Positions 54,759 to 64,000 of a stretch of 64,000 nt of DNA are shown one piece after another; position 1 is the first letter of the stretch, and each line of letters begins with the position of its first letter. A program made the position numbers and the translations under genes. The DNA comes from Acidobacteriota bacterium. Its GTDB lineage: Bacteria; Acidobacteriota; Vicinamibacteria; Vicinamibacterales; UBA8438. Under the pieces are notes generated by a model. It was not told where the DNA came from and ran no database searches. It saw only the letters and a list, made by a program, of their open reading frames with translations. The stretch spans positions 75,325 through 139,324 of the forward strand of contig VXME01000076.1 in assembly GCA_009861545.1 (NCBI GenBank), given 5' to 3'.

Positions 54759-55532
54759 ATGATCGACTGGACCGCCTACGAGGCGGTGCTCTTCGACCTC
54801 GACGGCGTCCTCACCGCCACCGCCCGGCTGCATGCCGCGTCGTGGAAGCGGATGTTCGACGACTATCTGCGCAGTCGGGCAGCCGCGCGCGGCGAGCCGT
54901 TCCGGCCGTTCGAGATGCCCGGCGACTATGCGCGGTTCGTCGACGGCAGGCCGCGCTACGACGGCGTCCGGACCTTCCTCGCGTCGCGCGGCATCACCCT
55001 GGAAGACGGGGTGCCCGAGGATGCGCCCGGGCTGGAGACGGTCTGTGGTCTCGGCAACCGGAAGAACGCGATGTTCACCGAGCTGCTTGCCGGTGAGGGG
55101 GTCGAGGTCTACGAAGGTTCCCTGGCGGTGGTCCGGCACCTGCGCCGCCACGGCGTGCGCTGCGCCGTCGTCTCCTCGAGTCGGAGCTGCGAGGCCATCC
55201 TGCGCGCGGCCGCGCTGGCCGACCTGTTCGAGCTGCGGGTCGACGGCCAGGTTGCCGTGCGGCAGGGACTGGCCGGCAAGCCGGCGCCCGACACCTTCGT
55301 CTACGCGGCGCGGGTGCTCGGCGTCGCGCGGTCGCGGGCCGTCGTGGTCGAGGACGCGATTGCCGGCGTCGAAGCCGGAAGCGCCGGCGGTTTCGGACTG
55401 GTCGTCGCGATCGATCGCAGCGGGGAGGCGGAAGCGCTCTCACGGGCCGGCGCCGACCACGTGGTGACCGACCTGGGCGACACGTTGAAGCACGCGGACG
55501 GGGACGCAGCCCGACCCTCGGAGGCCCGCTGA
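54759..55532 (+). CDS. pgmB: HAD-superfamily beta-phosphoglucomutase
   Basis: Start ATG 54759 within ORF 54240..55532. DLDGVL nucleophile motif, GKPAPD and EDAIAGVEAG. Adjacent to the GH65 phosphorylase. Confidence 0.8.
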   Translation: MIDWTAYEAVLFDLDGVLTATARLHAASWKRMFDDYLRSRAAARGEPFRPFEMPGDYARFVDGRPRYDGVRTFLASRGITLEDGVPEDAPGLETVCGLGNRKNAMFTELLAGEGVEVYEGSLAVVRHLRRHGVRCAVVSSSRSCEAILRAAALADLFELRVDGQVAVRQGLAGKPAPDTFVYAARVLGVARSRAVVVEDAIAGVEAGSAGGFGLVVAIDRSGEAEALSRAGADHVVTDLGDTLKHADGDAARPSEAR

Positions 55533-55535
55533 ACC

Positions 55536-57935
55536 ATGGGTGACCTTCACCGCCGGCATCCGCCCCAGGACATCTACCCGCGCGAGCCCTGGCGCCTGGT
55601 GGAGACGCACTTCGACGAGCGCTACCTGGCCGCCGCCGAGTCGCTGTTCGCCACCGCGAACGGCTATCTGGGGATGCGCGGCACGTGCGACGAGGGGCAG
55701 CCGGTGGTGCACAACGGCACCTACGTCAACGGCTTCCACGAGACGTGGCCCATCGTCTACGGCGAGGAGGCCTACGGTTTCGCGAAGCTCGGCCAGACCA
55801 TCGTCGACGTGCCGGACGCGAAGATCATCCGCCTGTACGTCGACGACGAGCCGTTCTTCCTGCCGACCGCGACGCTGGAGGGTTTCGAGCGGGCGCTCGA
55901 CTTGCAGGCCGGCACGCTGGATCGGGAGCTCGTCTGGGCGCATTCCTCGGGTCAGCGCGTCTCCATTCGGTCGCGGCGCCTCGTCTCGCTGGAACACCGG
56001 CATCTGGCCGCGATCGAGTACGAGGTCACGCTGCTGGCGAGCGACGCACCCGTCGTCATCGTGTCGGAAGTCGTCGACAGCGAACGTTCCGCGCGTCCCA
56101 ACGGCGACCCGCGCACCCGGCAGTTCGGTTGCGAGGTGCTCGATACGGAGGTGACCCGCACCGCAGAGGCGCGCGTGGTCCGCGGCTACGTCACCAGGTC
56201 GAGCGGGATGACGCTGTCCTGCGCCATCGATCACGAGGTGCGGACCGACTGCTCGTTCAACGTGAAGGCATCGGCCGACGAGGCGGCGGGCCGCGTGGTC
56301 TATTCCATCGACGGCACGGTAGGTACCCGCATCCGGCTCATCAAGTACATCACCTACCACTCGTCGCGCCGCCGCCAGGTCGAGGAGCTCTGCCAGCGTG
56401 CCGAGCGGGTCCTCGATCGGGCGGTGGAGAAGGGGTTTCAGGACCTGCTCGACAGCCAGAAACGCTTTCTCGACGACTTCTGGAACTGCAGCGACGTGGA
56501 GGTGCGCGACAACCCGGAGTGGCAGCAGACGATCCGGTTCAACCTGTTTCAAATGTGCCAGGCGACGGCGCGCGCCGAAGGCGTGGGCGTGCCGGCCAAG
56601 GGCCTGACCGGGCCCGGATACGAGGGGCACTATTTCTGGGACACCGAGATCTACGTGCTGCCGTTCCTCACGTATACCAAGCCGCGGATCGCGCAGAACC
56701 TGCTTCGTCAGCGGCACGCCTTCCTGGACGAGGCCCGCGCACGCGCGCGGGAGGTCAACCAGCGCGGCGCGCTCTTCCCCTGGCGCACCATCAACGGCAA
56801 CGAGGCCTCCGCGTACTACGCGGCGGGGACGGCGCAGTACCACATCAACGCGGACATCGTGTACGCGCTTCGCAAGTATGTGGACCTCACCGGCGACCGG
56901 GAATTCCTCAAGGAGGTCGGCGCGGAGATCCTGGTCGAGACCGCGCGCCTGTGGGTCGACCTCGGCTTCTTCGGCCGCCACGACGGCAAGTTCCGGATCA
57001 ACGGGGTGACCGGGCCGGACGAGTACAACACCGTCGTCAACAACAACCTGTACACCAACCTGATGGCGCGCGAGAACCTCTGGTACGCCGTGGAGACCAT
57101 CCGGGCGCTGGCGGAGAGCGATCCGCAACGATTCGGGTCGCTGGTCCGCGACACCGGACTTCGCCAGGAGGAGATCGATGACTGGCGGCAGGCGGCCGAC
57201 CGGATGTACCTGCCGTACGACGAACGCGACGGCGTGCACCTGCAGGACGACTCCTTCAAGGACAAGCAGGACTGGGACTTCGCCAGCACGCCCGCGGAGA
57301 AGTACCCGCTGTTGCTGCACTACCACCCGCTCGTGATCTACCGCTATCGCGTCGTCAAGCAGGCGGACGTCGTGCTGGCGATGTTCCTCCTCGGCCACGA
57401 GTTCTCGCACGACCAGAAGCGGCGCAACTTCGTGTACTACGACCGGCTCACGACGCGCGATTCGTCGCTGTCGTGCTCCATCGAGAGCATCATCGCGGCC
57501 GAGGTGGGGGAGATGGACAAGGCGTTCAGCTACTCCATCGACGCGGGGCTGATGGACCTGGCGGACGTGGCCGGAAACGTGCAGGACGGATGCCACATCG
57601 CGTCGATGGGCGGCTTCTGGATGACGCTCATCTACGGTTTCGCGGGGATGCGCGACACCGACGGCCGCCTCAGCTTCGCGCCCAAGGTGCCGGAGAAGCT
57701 CGGCGGCCTGCGTTTCCCGCTGGAGATCCGCGGGCAGCGCCTGGAGGTGGATCTGACCCCGACGTCCGCGACCTACGTGGTGCGGGGGGAGGCCGCGCTG
57801 CGCATCGCGCACGAGGACGAGCTGGTCGAACTGGAGCCGGACGTTCCGGTCACCCGCGCGGTCCGCCGACGCCCGCAGGTCGACGGCGAGGCGTCGACCG
57901 TGACGGCTTCGTCCGGTGCGGGGACGGTTACGTAG
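55536..57935 (+). CDS. glycoside hydrolase family 65 disaccharide phosphorylase (trehalose/maltose/kojibiose type)
   Basis: N-terminal ESLFATANGYLGMRG, then the catalytic region GYEGHYFWDTEIY and (alpha/alpha)6 barrel motifs. Confidence 0.9.
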   Translation: MGDLHRRHPPQDIYPREPWRLVETHFDERYLAAAESLFATANGYLGMRGTCDEGQPVVHNGTYVNGFHETWPIVYGEEAYGFAKLGQTIVDVPDAKIIRLYVDDEPFFLPTATLEGFERALDLQAGTLDRELVWAHSSGQRVSIRSRRLVSLEHRHLAAIEYEVTLLASDAPVVIVSEVVDSERSARPNGDPRTRQFGCEVLDTEVTRTAEARVVRGYVTRSSGMTLSCAIDHEVRTDCSFNVKASADEAAGRVVYSIDGTVGTRIRLIKYITYHSSRRRQVEELCQRAERVLDRAVEKGFQDLLDSQKRFLDDFWNCSDVEVRDNPEWQQTIRFNLFQMCQATARAEGVGVPAKGLTGPGYEGHYFWDTEIYVLPFLTYTKPRIAQNLLRQRHAFLDEARARAREVNQRGALFPWRTINGNEASAYYAAGTAQYHINADIVYALRKYVDLTGDREFLKEVGAEILVETARLWVDLGFFGRHDGKFRINGVTGPDEYNTVVNNNLYTNLMARENLWYAVETIRALAESDPQRFGSLVRDTGLRQEEIDDWRQAADRMYLPYDERDGVHLQDDSFKDKQDWDFASTPAEKYPLLLHYHPLVIYRYRVVKQADVVLAMFLLGHEFSHDQKRRNFVYYDRLTTRDSSLSCSIESIIAAEVGEMDKAFSYSIDAGLMDLADVAGNVQDGCHIASMGGFWMTLIYGFAGMRDTDGRLSFAPKVPEKLGGLRFPLEIRGQRLEVDLTPTSATYVVRGEAALRIAHEDELVELEPDVPVTRAVRRRPQVDGEASTVTASSGAGTVT

Positions 57936-58022
57936 GTCGCCGAACCATCGCAGGCGGTACCGACAACCCGCCTCGGAGCTCGCGCGCCCTCTGCCTGACA
58001 GGAGCAGACGTTCCGAAAGGCG

Positions 58023-58775
58023 CTACCGCACGGTCTGCAACTGGTTGTCGACCCGCAGGACGCCCTGCGTCTGCGCGACGATCCGCTGCATCTCGATGTA
58101 CTCGATCCGGCTCTGCACGTAGCCGACTAACGTGACGACGCTGTTGTTCACGATGATGTGGAACGGCGGGTTGGTCATCGACACGAGCCGCTCGAAATGC
58201 TCGCTTCTCGCGAGCTGGCGACCGATCGCATTCCGCAGCCGGTTGTCCGAGCTGCTGGGAGAGAGCGGGGTGAGGTTCACCTGGACGTCCTGGACGCCGC
58301 GCACCTTGGCGATGCGCTCGAACAGCTCGCCCGCCTTGTCGCGTTCCGGCGTCACCTGCCCGAAGATGCGCACGGCCCCGTTGTCGATGCGCCCGTCGAT
58401 GTAGTCCCAGACCCGGTAGTGCGGATAGCGCTGGATCGCGCGGCTCACGTCCTCGACCAGCTCTTCCTGGTCCTCCTGGACCGGCACCTCGATCTCGCTG
58501 ACCACGGTGCCGACGCCGCGGATGTCGAAGGTGCGCCGCAACGCCTCGTTCTTGTCCCAGAAGTGGCGCACCCTCCCGGTCAGCGTCACCTCGTCGCCGG
58601 CCACCGACACCTCGAGCCGGCGCAGGGCGCGGTCCCCCCGCAATTCGCGCTCGACGGCCTGCTTGATCTGCTCCGGAGACTGGGCGGCGGCGGGGGCCGC
58701 GGCGGCGGTCACGCCGACGACGGCGATCGACAACGCGGCGGCGATGCTGGTGAACTGTCTCTGAATCGCGTCCAT
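58023..58775 (-). CDS. periplasmic BON-domain protein (three BON repeats)
   Basis: Start ATG 58775 follows GGAGAT, with a signal peptide. The V.V..G.VTL.G.V pattern occurs three times. Confidence 0.85.
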   Translation of the reverse strand: MDAIQRQFTSIAAALSIAVVGVTAAAAPAAAQSPEQIKQAVERELRGDRALRRLEVSVAGDEVTLTGRVRHFWDKNEALRRTFDIRGVGTVVSEIEVPVQEDQEELVEDVSRAIQRYPHYRVWDYIDGRIDNGAVRIFGQVTPERDKAGELFERIAKVRGVQDVQVNLTPLSPSSSDNRLRNAIGRQLARSEHFERLVSMTNPPFHIIVNNSVVTLVGYVQSRIEYIEMQRIVAQTQGVLRVDNQLQTVR

Positions 58776-58926
58776 GCTTGATCTCCTGGGCAGGCGGCCC
58801 GTCTCTTCACTTGTACCACACCCGCGGGACCCGCGGTGCGGCCATGCCGCGCGGGGCGGCCGTTGTGCCACGCCGGAGCCTCTCGCGCGGCGTCGAGCGG
58901 ACCGGCCGGCCTGACGTCAGTTGGGT

Positions 58927-59868
58927 TCACTGCGGACGCTCGGGCTCCGACCGGGGCACGCGCGCGCGGGCGGTGTAGGTGGCGTGCGCGAGCTGGTCCT
59001 GGAAGTACGCGGTCTGCGACGCCCAGGCCACGAGCTGTGCGAACAGGTGGACCACGATACAGAGCTGTCCGCCCACGAACGCCCCGCGCATCGCCGGGCT
59101 GACGGCGGCGGAAGCGGCCAGGGACCAGACGGCGAGTGCGGCCGCGGTGAGCACCGCGTTCATCAGCCACAGTCCGGCGACCGCGGCCGGGCGCCGGCGG
59201 ACGAAACGCAGCGCGGCAAGGAGCGCTCCCACCATGCTCCGGCGATCTTCGACGACCGCGCGGACTCTGGCGTAGTCGAAGAGCAGGCCGACACCGGCCA
59301 CGCCGGCGCCGAACGTCACCTGCAGCGCGGACCGGAGCGGTCCGGCGTCGGCAGACACGGTCGGCAAGTGCACGGGAGCGCCGGAGGGGTCGTCCAGGAG
59401 CCAGGAATACAGCCCGCCGAACAGGATCCAGTACACGGCGCCGGCCAGGGCCGCAAGGCGCGCCAGCGGCCAGAAATGGTGCCGGCACGTGGCGAGGAAA
59501 GCCGCCCCTGCCGTCCGCTGCTGGCAGGCCAGCCGGTCGAGAATGCCGCCTGCCAGGAACGTCCAGACGACTACGCCGGCGGCGGCGATTCCGTTGGCCG
59601 CTCCGAGCGGCCACCCGGCGTACAGGTCGCCGAGAGTCGAGAGCACGGCCTGAAAGCCGACCAGACCGGGCCCGAAGGTCTGCGGGATGCCGGCGAGCGC
59701 TCCGGCCGCCGCGGCAGGTCGGAGGTGCACCGCGCCCGCGCCGCCCGGGACGAGCTGCATCCCCAGCAGGACGGCGAGGGTGACGCCCCAGGCGCCGAGA
59801 AGCAGCGCCGGGGCGGCCGCGACGCGCCGGAGACCGCCGATGAAGGCGACGAAAGCCATGACGGGCAT
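58927..59868 (-). CDS. hypothetical polytopic membrane protein
   Basis: Six or more hydrophobic segments and consistent codon bias. No recognisable family. Confidence 0.55.
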   Translation of the reverse strand: MPVMAFVAFIGGLRRVAAAPALLLGAWGVTLAVLLGMQLVPGGAGAVHLRPAAAAGALAGIPQTFGPGLVGFQAVLSTLGDLYAGWPLGAANGIAAAGVVVWTFLAGGILDRLACQQRTAGAAFLATCRHHFWPLARLAALAGAVYWILFGGLYSWLLDDPSGAPVHLPTVSADAGPLRSALQVTFGAGVAGVGLLFDYARVRAVVEDRRSMVGALLAALRFVRRRPAAVAGLWLMNAVLTAAALAVWSLAASAAVSPAMRGAFVGGQLCIVVHLFAQLVAWASQTAYFQDQLAHATYTARARVPRSEPERPQ

Positions 59869-60085
59869 CGTATGCGAACGCGCGTCGAGGGGAGGGAATC
59901 GGGGAGACTGGATCGGATCGGCGGGGCGGGTTCCGGGAGCCGGACGCGTCTGGCGCGCCCGGCTCCCGGCGGTGTCCGTGTCCGTTTCGCTCTCGCCGGG
60001 GCCGGCGCCGTCCGCGGCGGCGCCCGTTCCTGCGTTAGCGTCCTGCTCTTCGTCGTCGTCTGCGCGGATCCCGCGGCGCAGGTCC

Positions 60086-61711
60086 CTACTCGGCGAGGCC
60101 GAACGTGAAGACGACGTTGCCCGCCGCGATCGAGACGTACTGCTCGCCGTCGACCGCGTAGCTGATGGGCGCCGAGTGGACGCGGGCGCCCACCGTCATG
60201 TACCAGAGCTCCTCGCCGCTGACCGCGTCGATGGCGAAGAAGTAGCCGTCGACGGTGCCGCCGAAGACGATGTCGCCGGCGGTGGACATCAGTCCCGAGG
60301 TGGACCGCGGCGCGATGGGGTACTCCCATTGGACGTCGCCCGTCGCCGGATTGATGGCGCGAACCGCGCTGTGGTAGTTGTCGATCGGCCCGGCGCTCTC
60401 GCCGCCGCCCCCGAGGTACTGCTCGCCTTCGACGTACTCCTCCTCGCGGATGAAGAAGATCTGCTCGCCGTCGAACGCGTTGACGTAGAGCAGGCCGGTG
60501 CGCGGGCTGAAGGTGGGCGACCACCAGTTGGTGCCGCCGCCGATGGTCGGCGAGACCAGGGTGCCTTCGACCGACGGCTCCATGTTCGGCACGCGGATCG
60601 GGCGGCCGTTCTCGTCGAGCCCTTCCGCCCAGGTCTGCAGGGCGTAGGGCTTGCCGACCAGGAACTCGCCGGTCTCGCGGTCGAGCGTGTAGTAGAAGGC
60701 GTTGCGGTTGGCCCACAGCATCGCCTTGCGCATCTCGCCCTCGTACAAGATGTCGGCGAGGATCGGCACCTGGATCGCGTCCCAGTCGTGGATGTCGTGC
60801 GGCGTGAACTGGAAGTACCACTCCAGGTTGCCGCCGTCGCCGTTCAGGGCGAGCACCGAGTCGGAGTAGAGGTTGTCGCCCAGGCGCACCTCGCCGTTCC
60901 AGTCGGGGCCGGGATTGCCGGTGCCCCAGTAGATGAGGTCGAGGTCGGGATCGTAGGCGCCGGTGATCCAGGTCGGCGAGCCGCCGGTCCGCCACGACTC
61001 GCCGAGCCAAGTCTGGTTCCCCGGCTCGTCCGGCCCCGGGATGGTGTAGGTGCGCCAGTTGCGCACGCCGCTCGCCGGGTCGTAGGAATCGAGGAAGCCG
61101 CGGATGCCGTACTCGCCGCCCGCGATGCCCGTGATCACCTGGTCCTTGACGATGAGCGGCGCCGCCGTCTTGCTGTAGCCGCTCGTGTGCGGGGCGGTCT
61201 CGGTGTCCCAGACGACGTTGCCGGTGCGCGCGTCGATGGCGACGATGTGCGCGTCGAGCGTGCTCATGAAGAGCGTCTCGCCCAGGATGGCCACGCCCCG
61301 GTTGTTGCGCCCGCAGCAGATGCGCAGATCGTCCGGCAGATCGTGGTTGTAGCGCCAGTACTGGCGGCCGGTGGCGGCGTCGAGGGCCACGACGTTGCTC
61401 GGGGCCTCGGTGACGAACATGACCCCGTCGACGACGAGCGGCGTGGTCTCGGCCCGGTCGATTTCCGGGATCTGGTAGGCCCACTTCAACTCGAGATTGC
61501 CGACGTTGCGGTTGTGGATCTGGTCGAGGCGGCTATACCGCTTGCTGTCGAGCGTCCCCGAGTACATGAGCCAGTTCTCGGGCTCGTCCGCGGCGTTCAG
61601 CAGGCGCTCCCAGGTGACCGGGCGCAACGAGGGTCCCGCGTCTTCCTGGGCCGTCGCCGCCGCCGGCGCCACCAGCGCGATCAAGGCCGATACGGTCGCA
61701 AGTCGTTTCAT
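60086..61711 (-). CDS. PQQ-dependent alcohol dehydrogenase, canonical quinoprotein type (paralogue 3)
   Basis: Start ATG 61711 follows GGGAGAG, with a signal peptide. Has the vicinal Cys pair RICCGRNNRG (Cys132-Cys133). The active-site region is PHDIHDWDAIQ (Asp309-x-Asp311). Confidence 0.9.
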   Translation of the reverse strand: MKRLATVSALIALVAPAAATAQEDAGPSLRPVTWERLLNAADEPENWLMYSGTLDSKRYSRLDQIHNRNVGNLELKWAYQIPEIDRAETTPLVVDGVMFVTEAPSNVVALDAATGRQYWRYNHDLPDDLRICCGRNNRGVAILGETLFMSTLDAHIVAIDARTGNVVWDTETAPHTSGYSKTAAPLIVKDQVITGIAGGEYGIRGFLDSYDPASGVRNWRTYTIPGPDEPGNQTWLGESWRTGGSPTWITGAYDPDLDLIYWGTGNPGPDWNGEVRLGDNLYSDSVLALNGDGGNLEWYFQFTPHDIHDWDAIQVPILADILYEGEMRKAMLWANRNAFYYTLDRETGEFLVGKPYALQTWAEGLDENGRPIRVPNMEPSVEGTLVSPTIGGGTNWWSPTFSPRTGLLYVNAFDGEQIFFIREEEYVEGEQYLGGGGESAGPIDNYHSAVRAINPATGDVQWEYPIAPRSTSGLMSTAGDIVFGGTVDGYFFAIDAVSGEELWYMTVGARVHSAPISYAVDGEQYVSIAAGNVVFTFGLAE

Positions 61712-61713
61712 CT

Positions 61714-62517
61714 TCAGCTCTCCCTGCGCAGCGAGAAGAGGTAGGCGACCAGGTCGTCCATCTCGCTCGCGTTCAGACCCTCGGCAGCCGGCATGGTGGA
61801 GGTCTTGATCTGCTCGAGAGAGCGGACCTCGCTCTTCATGAAGCTCCAGAGGTTCTCGTCGTTGTCCATGATGCGGACCGTGAACGTGTCCTCGTTCATC
61901 CGCAGCCCTTCGATGGTCGAGCCGTCGGCCCGGTTGATCCGCATCGTCCACCAGCGGGGCGCGACCTCGGCGTCCGGGTCGCTGAGAGAGGTCGTTATCT
62001 CGTCGGGGTCGAGCCGGCTGCCGACCGTCGACAGGTCGGGGCCGGTCCGGCCGCCCTCACCGCGGACCATGTGGCAGGTCGAGCAGTTCGCACCGGCGTA
62101 CACCTGCTCGCCACGCCCCGCATCACCGGGCAGGTCATAGTCGGCGGGATCGAGGTTCAGCGAGTTGATGTAGGAGACGATCTGCCAGACACTCTGATCG
62201 GACGCCCGCGGGCTGATGCCGATCATGGCGGTGCCGTCGATCCCGTCGCGGATCACGTCGAACATGCCGGCGTCGCTGCTCACGCGCGAGAACTGGCCGG
62301 TCGTCAGGTCCGGGGCCCCGGTCTCGTCGTTGCCGCGGCCGTCGCGACCGTGGCAGCGCCCGCACTGGGCGCGGAACACGCGTTCGCCCATCCGGACGTC
62401 GATCAGCGTTTCGTACGGGTTCTCCTGGGCCTCGGCCGGCGCGGCGGGGCCGGCGACGACGACCAGGGCGGCAACGAGCGCGGCCTGGATCAGCCCGACG
62501 AAGAATACTCTGCGCAT
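61714..62517 (-). CDS. di-haem c-type cytochrome, probable electron acceptor of the downstream PQQ dehydrogenase
   Basis: ATG 62517 follows GGAGG, with a signal peptide. Haem motifs CGRCH and CSTCH. Ends 2 nt before the dehydrogenase ATG. Confidence 0.85.
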   Translation of the reverse strand: MRRVFFVGLIQAALVAALVVVAGPAAPAEAQENPYETLIDVRMGERVFRAQCGRCHGRDGRGNDETGAPDLTTGQFSRVSSDAGMFDVIRDGIDGTAMIGISPRASDQSVWQIVSYINSLNLDPADYDLPGDAGRGEQVYAGANCSTCHMVRGEGGRTGPDLSTVGSRLDPDEITTSLSDPDAEVAPRWWTMRINRADGSTIEGLRMNEDTFTVRIMDNDENLWSFMKSEVRSLEQIKTSTMPAAEGLNASEMDDLVAYLFSLRRES

Positions 62518-62549
62518 CGTGCTACCTCCGAGGATCAAAAAGTGCAGGA

Positions 62550-62578
62550 ATCATAATCGCTTTCGAGCGCGGTGTCTC
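62550..62578 (-). promoter_or_regulatory. sigma70-like promoter candidate for the cytochrome/PQQ-ADH operon
   Basis: On the minus strand, GAGACA-N17-TATGAT sits in an unusually AT-rich patch ~35 nt upstream of the ATG. Confidence 0.3.
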
Positions 62579-62627
62579 GCGCCCGCCGCGCCGGCGGCTC
62601 GCCCGTGCGACGCTCCTGGAGCCGCCT

Positions 62628-62873
62628 TCAGAAGCCGGCCGCCGCCGACAGCAGCATGCCGCGCAGCATCCGGACCGCGAACAGCAGCACGAGCGGCGAA
62701 AAGTCCAGCCCGCCCATGTCCGGCAGCACCGAACGGATGGGGCCGAGCAGCGGCTCCGTCATGGCGTGCAGGAAGTTCCCGATGGGGTTGTCCGGCGGAA
62801 GCTGCACCCACGAGGCGATTACCGCGCCGAAGACGATGAACGAGTAGACGTCGAGGAGGCCGATGAGCAGCAT
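62628..62873 (-). CDS. yggT: YggT family membrane protein
   Basis: An 81-aa protein with the typical pattern ...IVFGAVIASWV....NP...FL...TEPLL.PIR..LP..GGLDFSPLV. Confidence 0.85.
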   Translation of the reverse strand: MLLIGLLDVYSFIVFGAVIASWVQLPPDNPIGNFLHAMTEPLLGPIRSVLPDMGGLDFSPLVLLFAVRMLRGMLLSAAAGF

Positions 62874-62944
62874 GACGGTTCAGGGCTGGCCGGGATTCGG
62901 AGCTTGCTGAATCCCCCTTCCATCACGGATCATACAAGGCTTAC

Positions 62945-63448
62945 GTGATGAAGACGCTGCTGGTTCTGCGGCATGCCAAGTCGAGCTGGAAGCACCGGGA
63001 CACGTCCGACCACGACCGGCCGCTGAACAAGCGCGGAAAGCGGGACGCGCCGCGGATGGGGCGCGTCGTGGCGGCGCAGGGGCTGTGCCCGGACGTCATC
63101 GTGAGCTCGACCGCGAAGCGCGCGCGCTGGACGGCGGACGAGGTTGCGCAGCATGCCGGCTACGAGGGGACGGTGCAACTGGAGCGCCGCCTCTATCTCG
63201 CCAGCCCGGACGAGATCGTCGATGTCGTACGCGCCGTCGCCGGCGCCGCACGGCGCGTGCTGGTCGTGGGGCACAACCCCGGGCTGGAAGACCTGGTGGC
63301 GCGTCTGGCGGGACGCCCCGAAACGCTGCCGACCGCCGCTCTGGCCGAGATCCGCCTGTCGATCCGGGCCTGGAAGGATCTGGACACGACCAGCGCCGGC
63401 ACCCTCGCCGGCGTGTGGCGGCCGCGCGAGCTGCCCGACGACGCCTGA
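62945..63448 (+). CDS. sixA: SixA-type histidine phosphatase
   Basis: LVLRHAKS catalytic RHA motif, RPL..RG and VGHNPGL. Confidence 0.85.
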   Translation: MMKTLLVLRHAKSSWKHRDTSDHDRPLNKRGKRDAPRMGRVVAAQGLCPDVIVSSTAKRARWTADEVAQHAGYEGTVQLERRLYLASPDEIVDVVRAVAGAARRVLVVGHNPGLEDLVARLAGRPETLPTAALAEIRLSIRAWKDLDTTSAGTLAGVWRPRELPDDA

Positions 63449-63514
63449 TTCCTCCCGCCGGGCCCGTTCGCTCGGGGACGTCGCGCGCCTTGCGGCCGTC
63501 GGCTCCGGCTCGTC

Positions 63515-64000
63515 CTACGGGCGGTCGGACTCTTCTTCCTCGTCCTCTGCCGTGCCGCGCGCGAGCTCGTCGGCCGCGCGCGCTTCTTCCCGTTCGACGG
63601 CCAGCTCGTCGTAGAGAGCGGCGAAGCTCCGCTCCGCGAAGGGGCGGCCCGCGACGAGCGGCCAATCGAGGTCCGACGTCTCCAGAAGGCGCAGCGCGTC
63701 CTCACCCGCCACGCCGCGGTACAGGAGCTGCATCGCGCGCATTCGCAGCGTCACGAACCGATCGCGGAAGACCTGCACGTCGCGCTTCGTCAGGGCCGGT
63801 CCGGCCCCGGGAACCGCGGTCTCGAACTCGAGAGCGAGAATCCCGTCCAGCGTCTCGACCCAGCCGCGGCTGCCGCCCCCCGCCGCGTAGTCGATGAACG
63901 GCATCCCCCGGACCACGAGATCGCCGGCGTACAGGACACCCAGATCGGGGAAGAGAACGGCGGTGTCGCTGCCAGTGTGCGCCGGGGCGAAATGGTGCAG
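63515..64000 (-). CDS. MBL-fold metallo-hydrolase (3' part; gene runs off the window end)
   Basis: The frame is open to position 64000 (LHHFAPAHTGSDTAVLFPDLGVLYAGDLV...). The C-terminal tail is acidic. Confidence 0.7.
   Translation of the reverse strand: MHHFAPAHTGSDTAVLFPDLGVLYAGDLVVRGMPFIDYAAGGGSRGWVETLDGILALEFETAVPGAGPALTKRDVQVFRDRFVTLRMRAMQLLYRGVAGEDALRLLETSDLDWPLVAGRPFAERSFAALYDELAVEREEARAADELARGTAEDEEEESDRP

Overview
High-GC (roughly 70%) bacterial chromosomal window with dense coding. Most track ORFs are shadow frames on the opposite strand or N-terminal over-extensions, so I re-derived starts from ATG/GTG codons, RBS motifs and overlap patterns. There are three blocks. (1) 1-9.1 kb holds periplasmic and envelope genes: a c-type cytochrome, a secreted ankyrin protein, a DUF1592/DUF1552 pair and an NCS2 permease fusion. 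(2) About 9.3-30.8 kb is a mosaic accessory, defence-type island. It carries an ABC-type AAA ATPase with a frame-disrupted TOPRIM-like partner, a 5'-truncated and frameshifted M28 peptidase remnant, a Uma2-family nuclease fusion and a 1209-aa Cas4/RecB-like nuclease fused to an SF1 helicase. It also carries hicAB, a PhyH dioxygenase, UPF0175 plus a PIN remnant fused to DUF2283, mrr, and a VapB plus internally deleted VapC pair. The island's most notable feature is a tightly coupled nurA-herA-sbcD-sbcC operon preceded by a cytosolic ankyrin protein. (3) 30.8-64 kb is a periplasmic redox region plus housekeeping genes. It has three paralogous PQQ beta-propeller alcohol-dehydrogenase genes, all carrying the Asp-x-Asp motif associated with lanthanide dependence. 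It also has a PQQ sugar dehydrogenase, several c-type cytochromes, a YVTN-propeller/ABC-2 transporter set, sorAB, msrA, GH65 phosphorylase plus beta-phosphoglucomutase, rhomboid, FKBP, BON, YggT and SixA. No rRNA, tRNA, CRISPR array, transposase or integrase was recognised. The lead candidate for a novel system is the ankyrin + NurA-HerA-SbcD-SbcC cluster sitting among restriction and TA genes. All functional calls rest on motif and architecture recognition by eye; no database search was run.
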